The notes under the pieces: model-generated | Seen by the model: only the letters and a program-made list of their open reading frames with translations | What the model was told of the DNA's origin: nothing | Database searches by the model: none | Translations under genes and position numbers: made by a program | Source of the DNA: Candidatus Methylomirabilales bacterium | Lineage (GTDB): Bacteria > Methylomirabilota > Methylomirabilia > Methylomirabilales > CSP1-5 | Length of the DNA stretch: 36,055 nucleotides | Direction of reading: 5' to 3' | NCBI GenBank assembly: GCA_046758505.1 | Contig: JBHIAH010000022.1 | Span: forward strand, 1-36,055 | Shown here: positions 25,808-34,538 of the stretch, piece after piece | Layout of the letters: every line of letters begins with the position of its first letter | Position numbering within the stretch: the first letter of the stretch is position 1

Positions 25808-27199
25808 GTGGCTGTCCATCCGCCAAAGACCGTTGAGAAGATCCCCCCCCAGAATGTCGATGCGGAGACTGCCGTCCTCGGGGCGATCCTGCTCGATCGC
25901 GATGCGCTGGTGAAGGCGTTTGAAGTCCTGCGCCCGGATCATTTCTATCGGGAAGCCCACCGAAAGATTTTTGCCGCCTGCCAGGAGCTCTTCGAGCGGA
26001 ACGAGCCGGTCGACCTGATCACCCTTGCCAATGAGCTGACGCGCCGTCACCAACTCGAGGAGATGGGCGGGAGTCAATACCTCGTCTCCCTGGCCGAGGC
26101 AGTCCCGACGGCCGCCAACGTGGTGTATCACGCATCGATCGTCAGGGGAAAGGCTCTCCTCCGCGAACTCATCGGTGCGTGCACGTCGATCGTCTCGTCC
26201 TGCTACGAAGATACCGAACCCACGGAAACCGTGCTGGACGTGGCGGAAAAGAAAATATTTGGAGTATCCAAGGATCGAATCCGGCCGTCGTTCCGGCCGA
26301 TTAAGTCCATCCTCAAGTCCACCTTCGAGGATATTGAGCGATTGTATAGTCGGAAGGGGCATGTCACGGGCGTCCCAACCGGCTTTGCGGATCTCGATGA
26401 TCTCACCGGGGGCCTGCAACATTCGGACTTGATCGTTATTGCCGGACGGCCCTCGATGGGGAAGACCAGTTTTGCGCTGGGGATGGCGATGCACGCGGCC
26501 ATGGAAGAGGGAATTCCGGCCGCTATTTTTAGCCTCGAGATGTCCATGAGTCATGTGGTGCAGCGCATGTTGTGCGCGGAAGCGAGGGTAGAGGCCTACC
26601 GTCTCCGGACAGGTCGCCTGGGAGATAAGGATTGGCCAAAGTTGACCACTGCTGCCGGACGGCTTTCCGAGGCGCCCATTCACATCGACGATACCCCGAG
26701 CATGAATGTCTTAGAGTTGCGGGCCAAGGCGCGGCGGGTCAAGACCGAGCACGGGATCGGTTTGATGGCCATTGACTACTTGCAACTGCTGAAAGCGGGA
26801 GGACGGTTCGAGAGTCGGCAACAGGAGATGACCGAAATTTGCCGGTCCCTCAAGGCCTTGGCCAAGGAGCTGGAGATTCCGATCGTGGCATTATCCCAGC
26901 TCTCTCGCGCGGTGGAGTCGCGAGACAACAAGCGCCCGCAGCTTGCGGATCTCCGTGAGTCGGGGGCCATAGAGCAGGATGCGGATCTCGTGGCGTTTAT
27001 TTACCGCCCGGGCTACTACAAGGCGCTCCAAGGTCCCGAGGAAAAAGAGAACTACGAAGCAGAAATCATTGTGGCGAAACAGCGGAATGGTCCCACCGGC
27101 CCCGTGACGCTCACCTTTCGGCGGGAATACATGCGTTTTGAAGACGCGGAATTGACACGGACGCCTCCTTTTGACCTCTCCCCTCAATTGAGTAGCTAG
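25808..27199 (+). CDS. dnaB: Replicative DNA helicase
   Basis: PPQN..AE, GRPSMGKT, FSLEM, IDYLQL, LSQLSR, LRESGAIEQDAD and KQRNGP. No intein. Confidence 0.97.
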   Translation: MAVHPPKTVEKIPPQNVDAETAVLGAILLDRDALVKAFEVLRPDHFYREAHRKIFAACQELFERNEPVDLITLANELTRRHQLEEMGGSQYLVSLAEAVPTAANVVYHASIVRGKALLRELIGACTSIVSSCYEDTEPTETVLDVAEKKIFGVSKDRIRPSFRPIKSILKSTFEDIERLYSRKGHVTGVPTGFADLDDLTGGLQHSDLIVIAGRPSMGKTSFALGMAMHAAMEEGIPAAIFSLEMSMSHVVQRMLCAEARVEAYRLRTGRLGDKDWPKLTTAAGRLSEAPIHIDDTPSMNVLELRAKARRVKTEHGIGLMAIDYLQLLKAGGRFESRQQEMTEICRSLKALAKELEIPIVALSQLSRAVESRDNKRPQLADLRESGAIEQDADLVAFIYRPGYYKALQGPEEKENYEAEIIVAKQRNGPTGPVTLTFRREYMRFEDAELTRTPPFDLSPQLSS

Positions 27200-27273
27200 T
27201 CTTTCGATTCAACCGTTCGAGGACGCATGTATACGCTCAGCACATCGTGCTGAGTGGGCAAAGGTGTTCAGGG

Positions 27274-27374
27274 TACGTGGAGGAACCCGTCACCGGGCTG
27301 ACGAATCGACGCAGCAGGGTCCCTTCACCCTTTCGGCGGTTGCCGCCGATGAAACGCGTAGGGTTCCTTCCGTA
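27274..27374 (+). ncRNA. Candidate structured RNA in the radA leader (family unassigned)
   Basis: Closing stem of about 14 bp (TACG-T-GGAGGAACCC / GGGTTCCTTCCGTA) enclosing three hairpins and ending immediately before the radA SD (AAGGA). Confidence 0.35.
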
Positions 27375-27381
27375 AAGGACG

Positions 27382-28743
27382 ATGGCGAAGACCAGGACCT
27401 ACTTCGAATGTCAGCAGTGCGGGTATCAGGCCCCGCGCTGGATGGGTCGCTGTCCCGAATGCGGGAATTGGGGAACCCTGGTGGAGGAACGTCCCGCGGC
27501 GGGCGGCGGCCGGGGGGCGGGCATGCGGAACCCGGCAGCCCCTCCCGTCCCGATCACCGAGGTGCAGGGTCCTGCGCTCACGCGGATCTCCACAGAATTC
27601 CCGGAGGTGGACCGGACCTTGGGAGGGGGGCTGGTCCCGGGCTCGGTGGTCCTCATCGGGGGGGATCCCGGTATCGGCAAGTCGACGCTCCTGCTCCAGG
27701 TTGCGGCCCGCATCGCCACCCGGGGTCGCACGGTCCTCTACGTCTCGGGGGAAGAGTCGGCCGAGCAGACACGGGTCCGGGCCGAGCGGATCGGCGCCGT
27801 GTCCCCCCACCTGTACTTCACCGCCGAGACGCTTCTCGAGACGATCATCGATCATGGGGAGCGAATCAAGCCGGACCTGTTGATCCTGGATTCGGTGCAG
27901 ACGACCTCCGCGGGGACGCTCGAGTCACCGCCGGGCAGCATCAGTCAGGTGCGGGAGGTGGCGACGCGCCTCCTTACGCTGAGCAAGGAGCAGGGGATCA
28001 GTACGTGCCTGATCGGCCACGTGACCAAGGAGGGATCCTTCGCGGGGCCTAAGGCCTTGGAGCATATCGTCGATACCGTGATCTACTTTGAAGGGGAGCG
28101 ACAGCACGCCTATCGCATCCTGCGCGTCACCAAGAATCGCTTCGGCTCCACCCACGAAATCGGGATCTTTGAGATGACCGAGGCCGGGCTCACGGAAGTT
28201 GACAACCCCTCTCGGATCTTCCTGGCCGAGCGGCCTAAGGGGGGCACCGGTTCGGTGGTCGTGGTGACGATGGAAGGGACGCGCCCCCTGCTGGTGGAGA
28301 TTCAGGCCCTGGTGGCCCCAACCCATGCCAGCTTTCCCCGGCGGGTGGTGACGGGTGTGGATCTTCAGCGGGTGGCGATCCTGTTGGCCGTCCTGGAGAA
28401 GCGGCTGGAGATGCCCCTCTCCACGTATGATGTGTTCGTCAACGTCGCCGGAGGGGTGCGGATTACCGAGCCGGCGGCGGACATGGGGATCGTGGCGGCG
28501 GCGGTGAGTAGCCTGCGCAACGTGCCGCTGGACGCTCACCTGGTGTGCTTTGGTGAGGTCGGGCTGACCGGAGAGATCCGGGCCGTCCGGCATGCCGCCA
28601 AGCGGCTTCACGAGGCGGAACAGCTCGGCTTTACCCGGTGTATGCTCCCCGAGACCAACGTGGGCGGGCAGCGCGAGGGCGCACGGATAGAGGTCATCGG
28701 CCTGGGAACAGTCGATGCCATGATGACCGTTCTCTTCTCGTAA
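27382..28743 (+). CDS. radA: DNA repair protein RadA/Sms
   Basis: C4 zinc finger (CQQC...CPEC), GDPGIGKST, KNRFG and a Lon-like C-terminus. Confidence 0.97.
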   Translation: MAKTRTYFECQQCGYQAPRWMGRCPECGNWGTLVEERPAAGGGRGAGMRNPAAPPVPITEVQGPALTRISTEFPEVDRTLGGGLVPGSVVLIGGDPGIGKSTLLLQVAARIATRGRTVLYVSGEESAEQTRVRAERIGAVSPHLYFTAETLLETIIDHGERIKPDLLILDSVQTTSAGTLESPPGSISQVREVATRLLTLSKEQGISTCLIGHVTKEGSFAGPKALEHIVDTVIYFEGERQHAYRILRVTKNRFGSTHEIGIFEMTEAGLTEVDNPSRIFLAERPKGGTGSVVVVTMEGTRPLLVEIQALVAPTHASFPRRVVTGVDLQRVAILLAVLEKRLEMPLSTYDVFVNVAGGVRITEPAADMGIVAAAVSSLRNVPLDAHLVCFGEVGLTGEIRAVRHAAKRLHEAEQLGFTRCMLPETNVGGQREGARIEVIGLGTVDAMMTVLFS

Positions 28744-28758
28744 AGGGGAAAGAAAATT

Positions 28759-28787
28759 TTGACGGATGGTGACATTTTTGGTATCCT
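28759..28787 (+). promoter_or_regulatory. Putative sigma-70 promoter for the carD operon
   Basis: TTGACG-N17-TATCCT with extended -10 TG and an A/T-rich upstream tract. Confidence 0.65.
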
Positions 28788-28806
28788 ACGAACCTAGAGG
28801 ATCACG

Positions 28807-29298
28807 ATGCAAGTGGTGTTCTGTGTAGGGAAGAAGGTCGTCTATCCTGCGCATGGTGTCGCCCTCATCGAGGCCATCGAAGAGAAGGTTGTCTCTGGCT
28901 GTCGGCAGTCGTTTTATATCTTACGCATTTTAGGCAACGACACCACCATCATGATCCCGACGCATAATGCGAAGCGGGTCGGCCTCCGAGAGGTGATCGG
29001 TCCTTCAGAGATCCCCAGGGTCATGGAGATTCTCCGGCGGAAGGATGTCGAGATCTGCCCCAATTGGAACCGCCGCTTCAAGGATAACTGGGAGCGGATC
29101 AAGTCCGGGTCGCTCTATGAGATGGCACTGGTTTTGCGCAAGCTCGTCGTCCTACAAAAGGAGCGGCATCTTTCCTTCGGTGAGAAGAAGATGCTGGAAA
29201 ACGTTCGTCATCTCATCGTGAGCGAGATCGCCCATGCAGCGGGGATTGACCCTCGGGAGGCGGACGGGATGGTCGAAAAGACCATCGCCGCGGCATGA
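28807..29298 (+). CDS. carD: CarD family transcriptional regulator
   Basis: F.VG..VVYPAHGV..I, VGLR and conserved Trp in NWNRR. Confidence 0.93.
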   Translation: MQVVFCVGKKVVYPAHGVALIEAIEEKVVSGCRQSFYILRILGNDTTIMIPTHNAKRVGLREVIGPSEIPRVMEILRRKDVEICPNWNRRFKDNWERIKSGSLYEMALVLRKLVVLQKERHLSFGEKKMLENVRHLIVSEIAHAAGIDPREADGMVEKTIAAA

Positions 29299-29339
29299 GG
29301 GTCGGGTGAGGGAGGTGGTAGCTTCGCGGGAGGTGAACG

Positions 29340-30356
29340 GTGATGGGAGCACACACGGTTCGAGGACTCTTTGTGGTCCTCTGTGGTCTCGTCGGCGTGG
29401 CGGCAGGGTCGGTCTACGGCCCGGAGAGTTCGTATCTACTCGCCGGTCTGGCCGTCGGGGTGGCCGCGGGCGTCGGCGCGCTCCTGGTGGAGCGGGTCCT
29501 GAGGCGCGTCCAGGGTAAAGTTCTCATAAGTGGTCTTCTCGGTCTGGTTATTGGACTTCTTGTCGCCCGGTGGCTGCTCGATGATCTGACCATCTTCTTG
29601 GAACCCCTGGCACAGCCGGTGCAGCTCTCCCTCAAGCTCCTCTTCATGGTGGCTCTGGGCTACATCGGAACTGCCGTAGCAGTGGAGAAGGGGCGGGGGC
29701 TCAGCATCCTGGCCTTGCTCCGGGCGGTGAAGGAAGAGCCCGGGGCCGGGCGAAATAAGATCCTGGATACCTCCGTCATTATCGACGGCCGGATTGCGGA
29801 TATCTGTGAGACCGGCTTTATCGAGGGGACGCTGATCATCCCCCAGTTCGTGCTGCGCGAGCTCCAGCACATCGCGGACTCTTCCGACCCGATCAAGCGG
29901 AATCGGGGGCGGCGAGGATTGGACATTCTCCAAAAGATTCAGAAGAATGCCAATGTGCAGGTGCGGATCCATGACATGGACTTCCCGGATATTCGGGAAG
30001 TCGATGGGAAGCTGGTGGCGATGGCCAAGGCGCTGGCGGCCAAGGTGGTGACCAACGACTTCAACTTGAATAAGGTAGCCGAACTCTACGGCGTGCCGGT
30101 GTTGAACATCAATGAGTTGACGAATGCCTTGCGGCCGGTGGTCCTGCCCGGAGAGGAGATCCGGGTCTACGTCCTCAAGGAGGGAAAGGAATACAATCAG
30201 GGGGTGGCCTATCTCGATGATGGGACCATGGTCGTTATCGACAATGGCCGCCGGTACATTGGGCAGACGATCGATGTCTGCGTGACCTCGGTGCTCCAGA
30301 CGACGGCGGGACGGATGATCTTTTCCCGGCTCAAGGAAGAGGCCGAAGCGGCGTGA
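29340..30356 (+). CDS. Membrane PIN/TRAM domain protein (YacL-like)
   Basis: N-terminal TMs, [22 protein letters not shown], and TRAM motifs YLDDGTMVV...VLQT.AGRMIF. Confidence 0.93.
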   Translation: MMGAHTVRGLFVVLCGLVGVAAGSVYGPESSYLLAGLAVGVAAGVGALLVERVLRRVQGKVLISGLLGLVIGLLVARWLLDDLTIFLEPLAQPVQLSLKLLFMVALGYIGTAVAVEKGRGLSILALLRAVKEEPGAGRNKILDTSVIIDGRIADICETGFIEGTLIIPQFVLRELQHIADSSDPIKRNRGRRGLDILQKIQKNANVQVRIHDMDFPDIREVDGKLVAMAKALAAKVVTNDFNLNKVAELYGVPVLNINELTNALRPVVLPGEEIRVYVLKEGKEYNQGVAYLDDGTMVVIDNGRRYIGQTIDVCVTSVLQTTAGRMIFSRLKEEAEAA

Positions 30357-30429
30357 CGGTGGCGTGCAACTCTGCGCGGTCCGCGATCGACCCGGGGCCG
30401 GGGTGTGCTGACGGTGGGTCGCTGAGCGT

Positions 30430-31161
30430 ATGGTGAATGTGACGGCGATCGTGCCGGCTGCAGGTCTTGGCCGTCGGGCGGGGGGAGAAGTCCCCAAGCA
30501 GTTCCTCCGCCTCCGGGGGATGCCCATCCTCACCCGGACCCTGCTGAACCTGACCACGTCGGGCCTCGTCGACGCGCTGATCCTGGTGGTTCCGCCCGGG
30601 GCCGAGGCGTGGTGCCAGACGCACGTTCTTGCCCCCTATTCTCTTCCTCCCATCATCGACGTTATCCCCGGGGGAGCCGACCGTCAAGAATCGGTCTTCC
30701 GGGGTCTCGAGAGGGCGACGGCGAGGACGCAGCTGGTCGTGATCCACGATGCCGTCCGCCCGTTTATCTCTCGCGACCTTCTGGGGCGGACCATCGAAGC
30801 GGCCCGGAGCTTTCGCGCAGCCGTGGCGGCGGTCCCGGCCGTGGAAACGGTCAAGGTCGTGGAGGACGGGTTCGTTCGGGAGACTCCGTCCCGAGACCGC
30901 CTCTGGATCGCCCAGACGCCCCAAGTCTTTCAGGGGGAGCTCATCCAGGAGGCCTACCGGCAGGCCGCGGCTGACGGGTACCGGGGGACCGACGATGCCA
31001 TGCTGGCGGAACGACTCGGAGTCCCGGTCAGGGTGGTCTTGAGTTATCCCGAGAACATGAAAATCACGACTGCAGAGGATCTGCAGCGCGCGGAACAAAT
31101 CCTCAGCCGCTGGGAGGATGCGGGATGCGGATCGGCGTCGGCTACGACATCCATCCCCTAG
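30430..31161 (+). CDS. ispD: 2-C-methyl-D-erythritol 4-phosphate cytidylyltransferase
   Basis: PAAG.G.R..PKQF, IHDAVRP, QTPQ.F, TDDA and N.KITT.EDL. Confidence 0.96.
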   Translation: MVNVTAIVPAAGLGRRAGGEVPKQFLRLRGMPILTRTLLNLTTSGLVDALILVVPPGAEAWCQTHVLAPYSLPPIIDVIPGGADRQESVFRGLERATARTQLVVIHDAVRPFISRDLLGRTIEAARSFRAAVAAVPAVETVKVVEDGFVRETPSRDRLWIAQTPQVFQGELIQEAYRQAAADGYRGTDDAMLAERLGVPVRVVLSYPENMKITTAEDLQRAEQILSRWEDAGCGSASATTSIP

Positions 31162-31613
31162 TCCCCGGACGCCCCCTGATTTTGGGGGGGCTCGAGATTC
31201 CCTTTGAGACCGGACTCGACGGTCACTCGGACGCCGATGTCCTCACTCACGCCGTGATCGATGCCGTGCTGGGCGCTGCGGGAGAAGGGGATATCGGGGC
31301 CCACTTTGGGGCGAGTGATCCGCGGTACCAGGGTGTCCGGAGTCTCCATCTGCTTGAGGCGAGCTGGCGTCGGGTGAAAGTCAAGGGCTTCCGCGTGGGC
31401 AACGTAGATGCGACGGTGGTGGCCGAAGCGCCGCGGCTGGCGCCGCATTTGAGCGCCATGGCCGCCAACGTGGCACGGGTCTTGGATATGGAGGCGGCGC
31501 GGGTGAACATTAAATCGACGACGGCCAAGGGACTCGGTCCGGTGGGGGCCGGAGAGGGGATTGCCTGCCTTGCCGTGGTCCTGTTGGTGGAGGCGGGCGC
31601 CGGGGAGAGGTGA
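31125..31613 (+). CDS. ispF: 2-C-methyl-D-erythritol 2,4-cyclodiphosphate synthase
   Basis: MRIG.GYDIH, GHSDADV..HA..DA and GDIG.HF. Own GGAGG RBS; overlaps ispD by 37 nt. Confidence 0.96.
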   Translation: MRIGVGYDIHPLVPGRPLILGGLEIPFETGLDGHSDADVLTHAVIDAVLGAAGEGDIGAHFGASDPRYQGVRSLHLLEASWRRVKVKGFRVGNVDATVVAEAPRLAPHLSAMAANVARVLDMEAARVNIKSTTAKGLGPVGAGEGIACLAVVLLVEAGAGER

Positions 31614-33118
31614 AGGAGTGTCCTGTGGGATTGCGGATCTATAATACGCTCACCCGGCAGAAGGAGGTCTTCGAGCCGCTCACGCCTGGGCAGGTCCGGA
31701 TGTACGTCTGTGGGATCACGGCCTATGACCTCTGCCACATCGGTCATGCCCGCTCGGCCCTTGTCTTCGACGTGATCCGGCGCTATCTCGAATTCACGGG
31801 CTATCGGGTCCTGTTCGTCCGCAACTTCACCGACGTCGATGACAAAATTATCAAGCGGGCCGAGAAGGATGGTGTGTCGGCGCGGGAGGTGTCCGAGCGG
31901 TACATCGCCGAGTACCAGAAGGACATGGACCGGCTCGGGGTCTGTCCCGCCAGTTTCGAGCCCAAGGCGACGGACCATATTCCGAGCATGATTGCGCTCA
32001 TCGAGCGACTGCTCGCCCGGGGCTTCGCCTATGTCGTCGATGGCGACGTCTATTTTGAGGTGAGGAAGTTCCCGCGCTATGGACGCCTGTCGGGCAAGCA
32101 CCTCGATGAGCTGATGGCTGGCGCGCGGGTCGAAGTGGATGAGCGGAAGCGTGATGCGCACGATTTTGCCCTCTGGAAGTCGGCGAAACCGAACGAACCG
32201 TCATGGGAGAGCCCGTGGGGTCCCGGACGCCCCGGCTGGCACATCGAGTGTTCAGCCATGTCGATGGAGCGCCTCGGAGAGTCGTTTGACATCCACGGCG
32301 GTGGCGAGGATCTGATCTTTCCGCATCACGATTGTGAGATTGCCCAGTCGGAGGCCGCGACGGGCGCACCTTTTGTGCGGTACTGGATCCACAACGGGTT
32401 CGTCCAAATCAATCAGGAAAAAATGTCCAAGTCCCTGGGAAACTTTTTCACAGTCCGTGAGATTTTCGAAAAATCGCCGTATGGGCTTCAAGTCACGGCC
32501 GAGGCGCTGCGGTATTTTCTGCTCGGTACCCATTATCGGAGCCCGCTGGATTTTTCCGATGACGCCCTGTGGGAAGCCAAACGGGCGCTAGACAGGTTCT
32601 ACGACCTGTTTTTGCGCCTTGACGAGGCGTCCGCAATGAAAGGACCGGGGGATGCGTTGCTCCCGCCGGTGCTTGAACGGTTCGGTGAGGCGTTTCGTCA
32701 GGCGATGGACGATGACTTTAACACCCCAGCAGCTATTGCGCAGCTCCAGGTTCTGCGCGGGGAGCTCAACAAGTTGTTGGAGACCGGATTGTCCAAACAC
32801 GCATGCAAAGACGCCCGCGAAGACTTTCGATCATGCGGCCGCGTGCTTGATCTGCTTCAGTTATCGGTGGGGGAATGGGAGTTTGGAATGGTGCACATCG
32901 TGCGCGGCGCTGATAGCGTGGCCGTGGCAGTTCAAGACGAGGGAAGGCTACGGACGGGGTTTCTGACTGACGAAGAGATCGAGCAAAAGCTCGTCCAACG
33001 GAACGAAGCCCGACTCCGAAAGGATTTTGCGAAGGCTGATGAGATCAGGGCGGAGCTCGCTGCGTTCGGGATCACGATTGAGGATCGGCCGGATGGCACG
33101 AGCCGATGGAAGCGGTGA
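31610..33118 (+). CDS. cysS: Cysteine--tRNA ligase
   Basis: YVCG.T.YD, HIGH, GRPGWHIECSAM, FPHH, KMSKS and DDFNT. Confidence 0.97.
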   Translation: MKECPVGLRIYNTLTRQKEVFEPLTPGQVRMYVCGITAYDLCHIGHARSALVFDVIRRYLEFTGYRVLFVRNFTDVDDKIIKRAEKDGVSAREVSERYIAEYQKDMDRLGVCPASFEPKATDHIPSMIALIERLLARGFAYVVDGDVYFEVRKFPRYGRLSGKHLDELMAGARVEVDERKRDAHDFALWKSAKPNEPSWESPWGPGRPGWHIECSAMSMERLGESFDIHGGGEDLIFPHHDCEIAQSEAATGAPFVRYWIHNGFVQINQEKMSKSLGNFFTVREIFEKSPYGLQVTAEALRYFLLGTHYRSPLDFSDDALWEAKRALDRFYDLFLRLDEASAMKGPGDALLPPVLERFGEAFRQAMDDDFNTPAAIAQLQVLRGELNKLLETGLSKHACKDAREDFRSCGRVLDLLQLSVGEWEFGMVHIVRGADSVAVAVQDEGRLRTGFLTDEEIEQKLVQRNEARLRKDFAKADEIRAELAAFGITIEDRPDGTSRWKR

Positions 33119-33872
33119 GGCACCAGACCTCCTCTACGGGCTCCACGCTGTCCGGGAAGCTTTACGCGGGGGCGTCCGGCCGCTCTTGCGACTGCTCGTC
33201 GTGCGAGAGGACCGTCAATTTGCGGACCTCGTGCGGATGGCGCGGGTTGCTCGCGTGCCGGTACACACAGAGCCGCAGTCTGTGTTCGACCGGCTTGTGC
33301 CGCACAGAAAGCATCAAGGCGTGATCGGGCTCATCGCGGCGAAACCGTACGCCGAGTTGGAGGCGATCCTCGGTGCGGCCCGTCAACGCGGCGAACCTCC
33401 CTTCCTGGTGATCCTGGATGGGGTGGAAGACCCGCGGAACTTGGGCGCAGTGCTTCGAACAGCGGAGGCGGCAGGGGTCCATGGCGTGATGGTCCCCGAG
33501 CGGCGGTCGGCCGGGTTAACGGGCGCCGTGGCGAAGGCCGCAGCCGGTGCGTTAGAGCATCTTCAGGTGGGGCGCGTCAAGAACGTCTCCCGCCTGATCG
33601 AGGCGCTACAGACGGAGGGACTCTGGGTCTACGCGCTGGATCCCCGGGCGCGCAAGCTGTACACGGCCCTCGATCTGCGGGGACCGGTCGCGTTGGTGTT
33701 TGGGGGGGAAGGGAAGGGCGTGCGGCCCGGGGTGCTGGACAAGTGTGATGATAGGGCCGGCATTCCCATGGTGGGATGTGTGGAGTCGCTCAATGTGAGC
33801 GTCGCCGCCGGGATCCTGATGTACGAGGTCCTCCGGCAACGCTTGTCGAATGTGAAAATCGGAGAAAAATAA
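33093..33872 (+). CDS. rlmB: 23S rRNA (Gm2251) 2'-O-methyltransferase RlmB (TrmH family)
   Basis: YG.HAV.EAL, HQG, LDGVEDPRNLGA, G.EG.G and IPM...ESLNVSVA. Confidence 0.93.
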   Translation: MARADGSGEAPDLLYGLHAVREALRGGVRPLLRLLVVREDRQFADLVRMARVARVPVHTEPQSVFDRLVPHRKHQGVIGLIAAKPYAELEAILGAARQRGEPPFLVILDGVEDPRNLGAVLRTAEAAGVHGVMVPERRSAGLTGAVAKAAAGALEHLQVGRVKNVSRLIEALQTEGLWVYALDPRARKLYTALDLRGPVALVFGGEGKGVRPGVLDKCDDRAGIPMVGCVESLNVSVAAGILMYEVLRQRLSNVKIGEK

Positions 33873-34004
33873 CGAATTTTAACGTGGCTGTGGGTTGGCT
33901 TATTCCCGACAGGCGCCAGGTAAATTTTTACGGTTTTTCCGCTTTAAATCGGCGCCATTAAGGCTTTTCGTCTGGAACGTTATATCGTATTCTATTGGTT
34001 TGTG

Positions 34005-34080
34005 GCTGGCGTAGCTCAGTCGGTAGAGCAGCTGATTTGTAATCAGCCGGTCGGGGGTTCAAATCCCTTCGCCAGCTCCA
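34005..34080 (+). tRNA. tRNA-Thr (TGT)
   Basis: GCTGGCG/CGCCAGC acceptor, CTGAT-TTGTAAT-CAG anticodon region and CCA end. Confidence 0.97.
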
Positions 34081-34163
34081 CGAGGGTGGGCGGTGACGAG
34101 CAAGCACGGGGCGCGGAGAGGCCCAGAGATGGTCGCTCCCGGCTCGGGGCGCTGGGCGAGCAC

Positions 34164-34249
34164 GGGGAGATACCCAAGCGGCCAACGGGGGCAGACTGTA
34201 AATCTGCTGGCGTACGCCTTCGGGGGTTCAAATCCTCCTCTCCCCACCA
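34164..34249 (+). tRNA. tRNA-Tyr (GTA)
   Basis: GGGGAGA/TCTCCCC acceptor, GCAGA-CTGTAAA-TCTGC, long variable arm and CCA. Confidence 0.97.
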
Positions 34250-34386
34250 CGGCCATCCTCTTTCTGTTAGCGTGGAACATTAATATACTATACCGCTCCC
34301 TCGGGTCCCTGCCACGGGACCGCTCTGAGGGGAGATGGTCGGGGGGGCGGGAGGGAGTATCTCGTTCTCCTTATGCACTGTGGGAT

Positions 34387-34461
34387 GCGGGAATAGCTCA
34401 GCGGTAGAGCGCGAGCCTTCCAAGCTCGGGGTCGCGGGTTCGAATCCCGTTTCCCGCTCCA
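34387..34461 (+). tRNA. tRNA-Gly (TCC)
   Basis: GCGGGAA/TTCCCGC acceptor, CGAGC-CTTCCAA-GCTCG and CCA. Confidence 0.97.
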
Positions 34462-34538
34462 GCCCGGTGCGATTGCAGGGGAAGGGCTTGGGGGCGACGG
34501 CGACGTGCGCATCTCATCGAGGGATCTCCCGGAGAGGG

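Noticed and set aside
27249..27331. c-di-AMP (ydaO) riboswitch resemblance (GGTAC..GGAGGAACC...GAATC...AGGG..CCTTC..CCC)
   Set aside because: The conserved 3' half (ACCCG.CAGCTAAC) is absent, so the similarity is probably coincidental.
27289..27367. Canonical hammerhead ribozyme
   Set aside because: Core words are present, but stem I cannot form adjacent to CUGA in either type I or type III topology. Kept only as an unassigned structured RNA.
31125..31161. Frameshifted bifunctional IspDF fusion or pseudogene
   Set aside because: ispF has its own ATG and a well-spaced GGAGG, and both proteins are complete.
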